Shown here: piece by piece, positions 63,119 to 64,000 of the stretch | How positions within the stretch are numbered: position 1 is the stretch's first letter | Layout of the letters: each line of letters begins with the position of its first letter | Origin: a virus | Virus record (IMG/VR): IMGVR_UViG_3300043398_000057 | DNA length: 64,000 nt | Strand: one strand, 5' to 3' | Translations under genes and position numbers: made by a program | The notes under the pieces: model-generated | Database searches by the model: none | What the model saw: the letters and a program-made list of their open reading frames with translations, nothing else | What the model was told of the DNA's origin: nothing

Positions 63119-64000
63119 TTATGCAAGTGCCAGAAGTTGTTCCAGTGCAGAATTCTTCAGAGAGTTGCCAACACCGAACTCGGAATTGTTGAACTGGTGC
63201 GAAGCATCACGCTTGCCGGTACCATGGGTTGCCATTTCGGTCACAGCGTTCAGAACACCCCATTGGGTACCATACGAAAAATCTGCGCCAGCACCATTCT
63301 TGTAAAAGTGCATCAGGGCATCAGTTTGACGCGAAACGGTCAGCTTGGTGGGGTCGATGTTCTTGGGGTTCACCAGTTTGTTAAAAAATTCAGCAGCGAA
63401 GTCATCAGTGACCTTCTTTTCTGCGAAACCCTTCAGATTGGTGATGAACGAATCCCACGACGAATCAATCAGACCCAAATCAACCTTGAATTGCTTGGGG
63501 TCGAATGCGCTTGCATGGGTCTTGCGAACACTGCTACCTTGACCACGCAGTGCAACTTGCAAAGTGTTGTTGCACACAGTGCGAGTCGATGTGAACTTTG
63601 CTTGAGTCGAAAGCGAACCATCAGCCGAAGTAACCAGCAGCAGTTGACCCTTGATTTCGTCACCGGGAACAATGAAAGCATTCTTGCCGATTTCGGCAGT
63701 GGCCCAAAAACGCTTACCGCCGAACAGGGTGCCAGCAGCAGACAGCTTCATTTTGTTGGTTTCCGTGAATTCACGGAAAAATTCCAGAACTTCCTTGGGT
63801 TGCACAACGTGGTATTCTTCACTCACGATACCCAGCACATCGGTCGAGTCCGAACGGTACAGAACCTTGTTTTGGGTGTCGGTGATCAGACCACCGGCAG
63901 TTTGGAAACGAACATTCGATTCCATGATTTCCCAATCCATACCAGCAGCAGTTTGCCACTGTTCGATGGTTTGGTTTTCGGGCAGGTATTGACCCAAACC
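63119..64000 (-). CDS. DUF932/DUF945-family protein, 5'-truncated
   Basis: W...AG.DW, Y..VQ, AG.L.GGK..W, TS.DGS, R.VCNNTL, T.WG..NAVTE motifs. Confidence 0.85.
   Translation of the reverse strand, partial: GLGQYLPENQTIEQWQTAAGMDWEIMESNVRFQTAGGLITDTQNKVLYRSDSTDVLGIVSEEYHVVQPKEVLEFFREFTETNKMKLSAAGTLFGGKRFWATAEIGKNAFIVPGDEIKGQLLLVTSADGSLSTQAKFTSTRTVCNNTLQVALRGQGSSVRKTHASAFDPKQFKVDLGLIDSSWDSFITNLKGFAEKKVTDDFAAEFFNKLVNPKNIDPTKLTVSRQTDALMHFYKNGAGADFSYGTQWGVLNAVTEMATHGTGKRDASHQFNNSEFGVGNSLKNSALEQLLALA

Noticed and set aside
1-64000. Suppressor tRNA or release-factor gene
   Set aside because: No cloverleaf/T-loop signature or RF-like ORF seen by eye, and the intergenic gaps are short. It may lie outside the window and needs tRNAscan-SE.

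Overview
A 64-kb segment of a large T4-like (Tevenvirinae/Kyanoviridae-type) myovirus. The + strand (1-16045) is a late structural block: a large DUF4815-type virion protein, three tail-fibre-like genes, a holin-like gene, a tape-measure/hub-like gene and gp13-gp14-gp15-gp16. The - strand (16042-64000) carries the replisome (gp32, gp59, regA, gp62/44/45, gp41, uvsX, gp43, gp46/47, gp33, RNase H), NAD salvage (NadV plus NadM-Nudix), nucleotide-metabolism genes and many small early genes behind repeated sigma70 promoter-hairpin cassettes. The main discovery is that TAG is not a stop codon here. I found 29 in-frame TAGs inside 20 otherwise intact genes, and none of the credible genes I checked ends in TAG. 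At the best-conserved positions TAG sits where homologs have LEUCINE (RegA ET*TRIG, UvsX SG*TLIAG, gp43 KF*E, dATP/dGTP diphosphohydrolase KPRPT*I, and a tail-fibre paralog EN*NV vs ANLNV). It does not match the glutamine of known code-15 phages, so this points to a TAG->Leu phage genetic code. The DNA polymerase is also split into gp43A and gp43B by a free-standing HNH endonuclease that itself carries 4 TAGs, and gp43B holds an ORF-less group I intron inside motif B. A duplicated 20-nt hairpin sits in front of both NAD-salvage genes. I saw no tRNA in this window. All homology calls come from recalled family motifs, not database searches.
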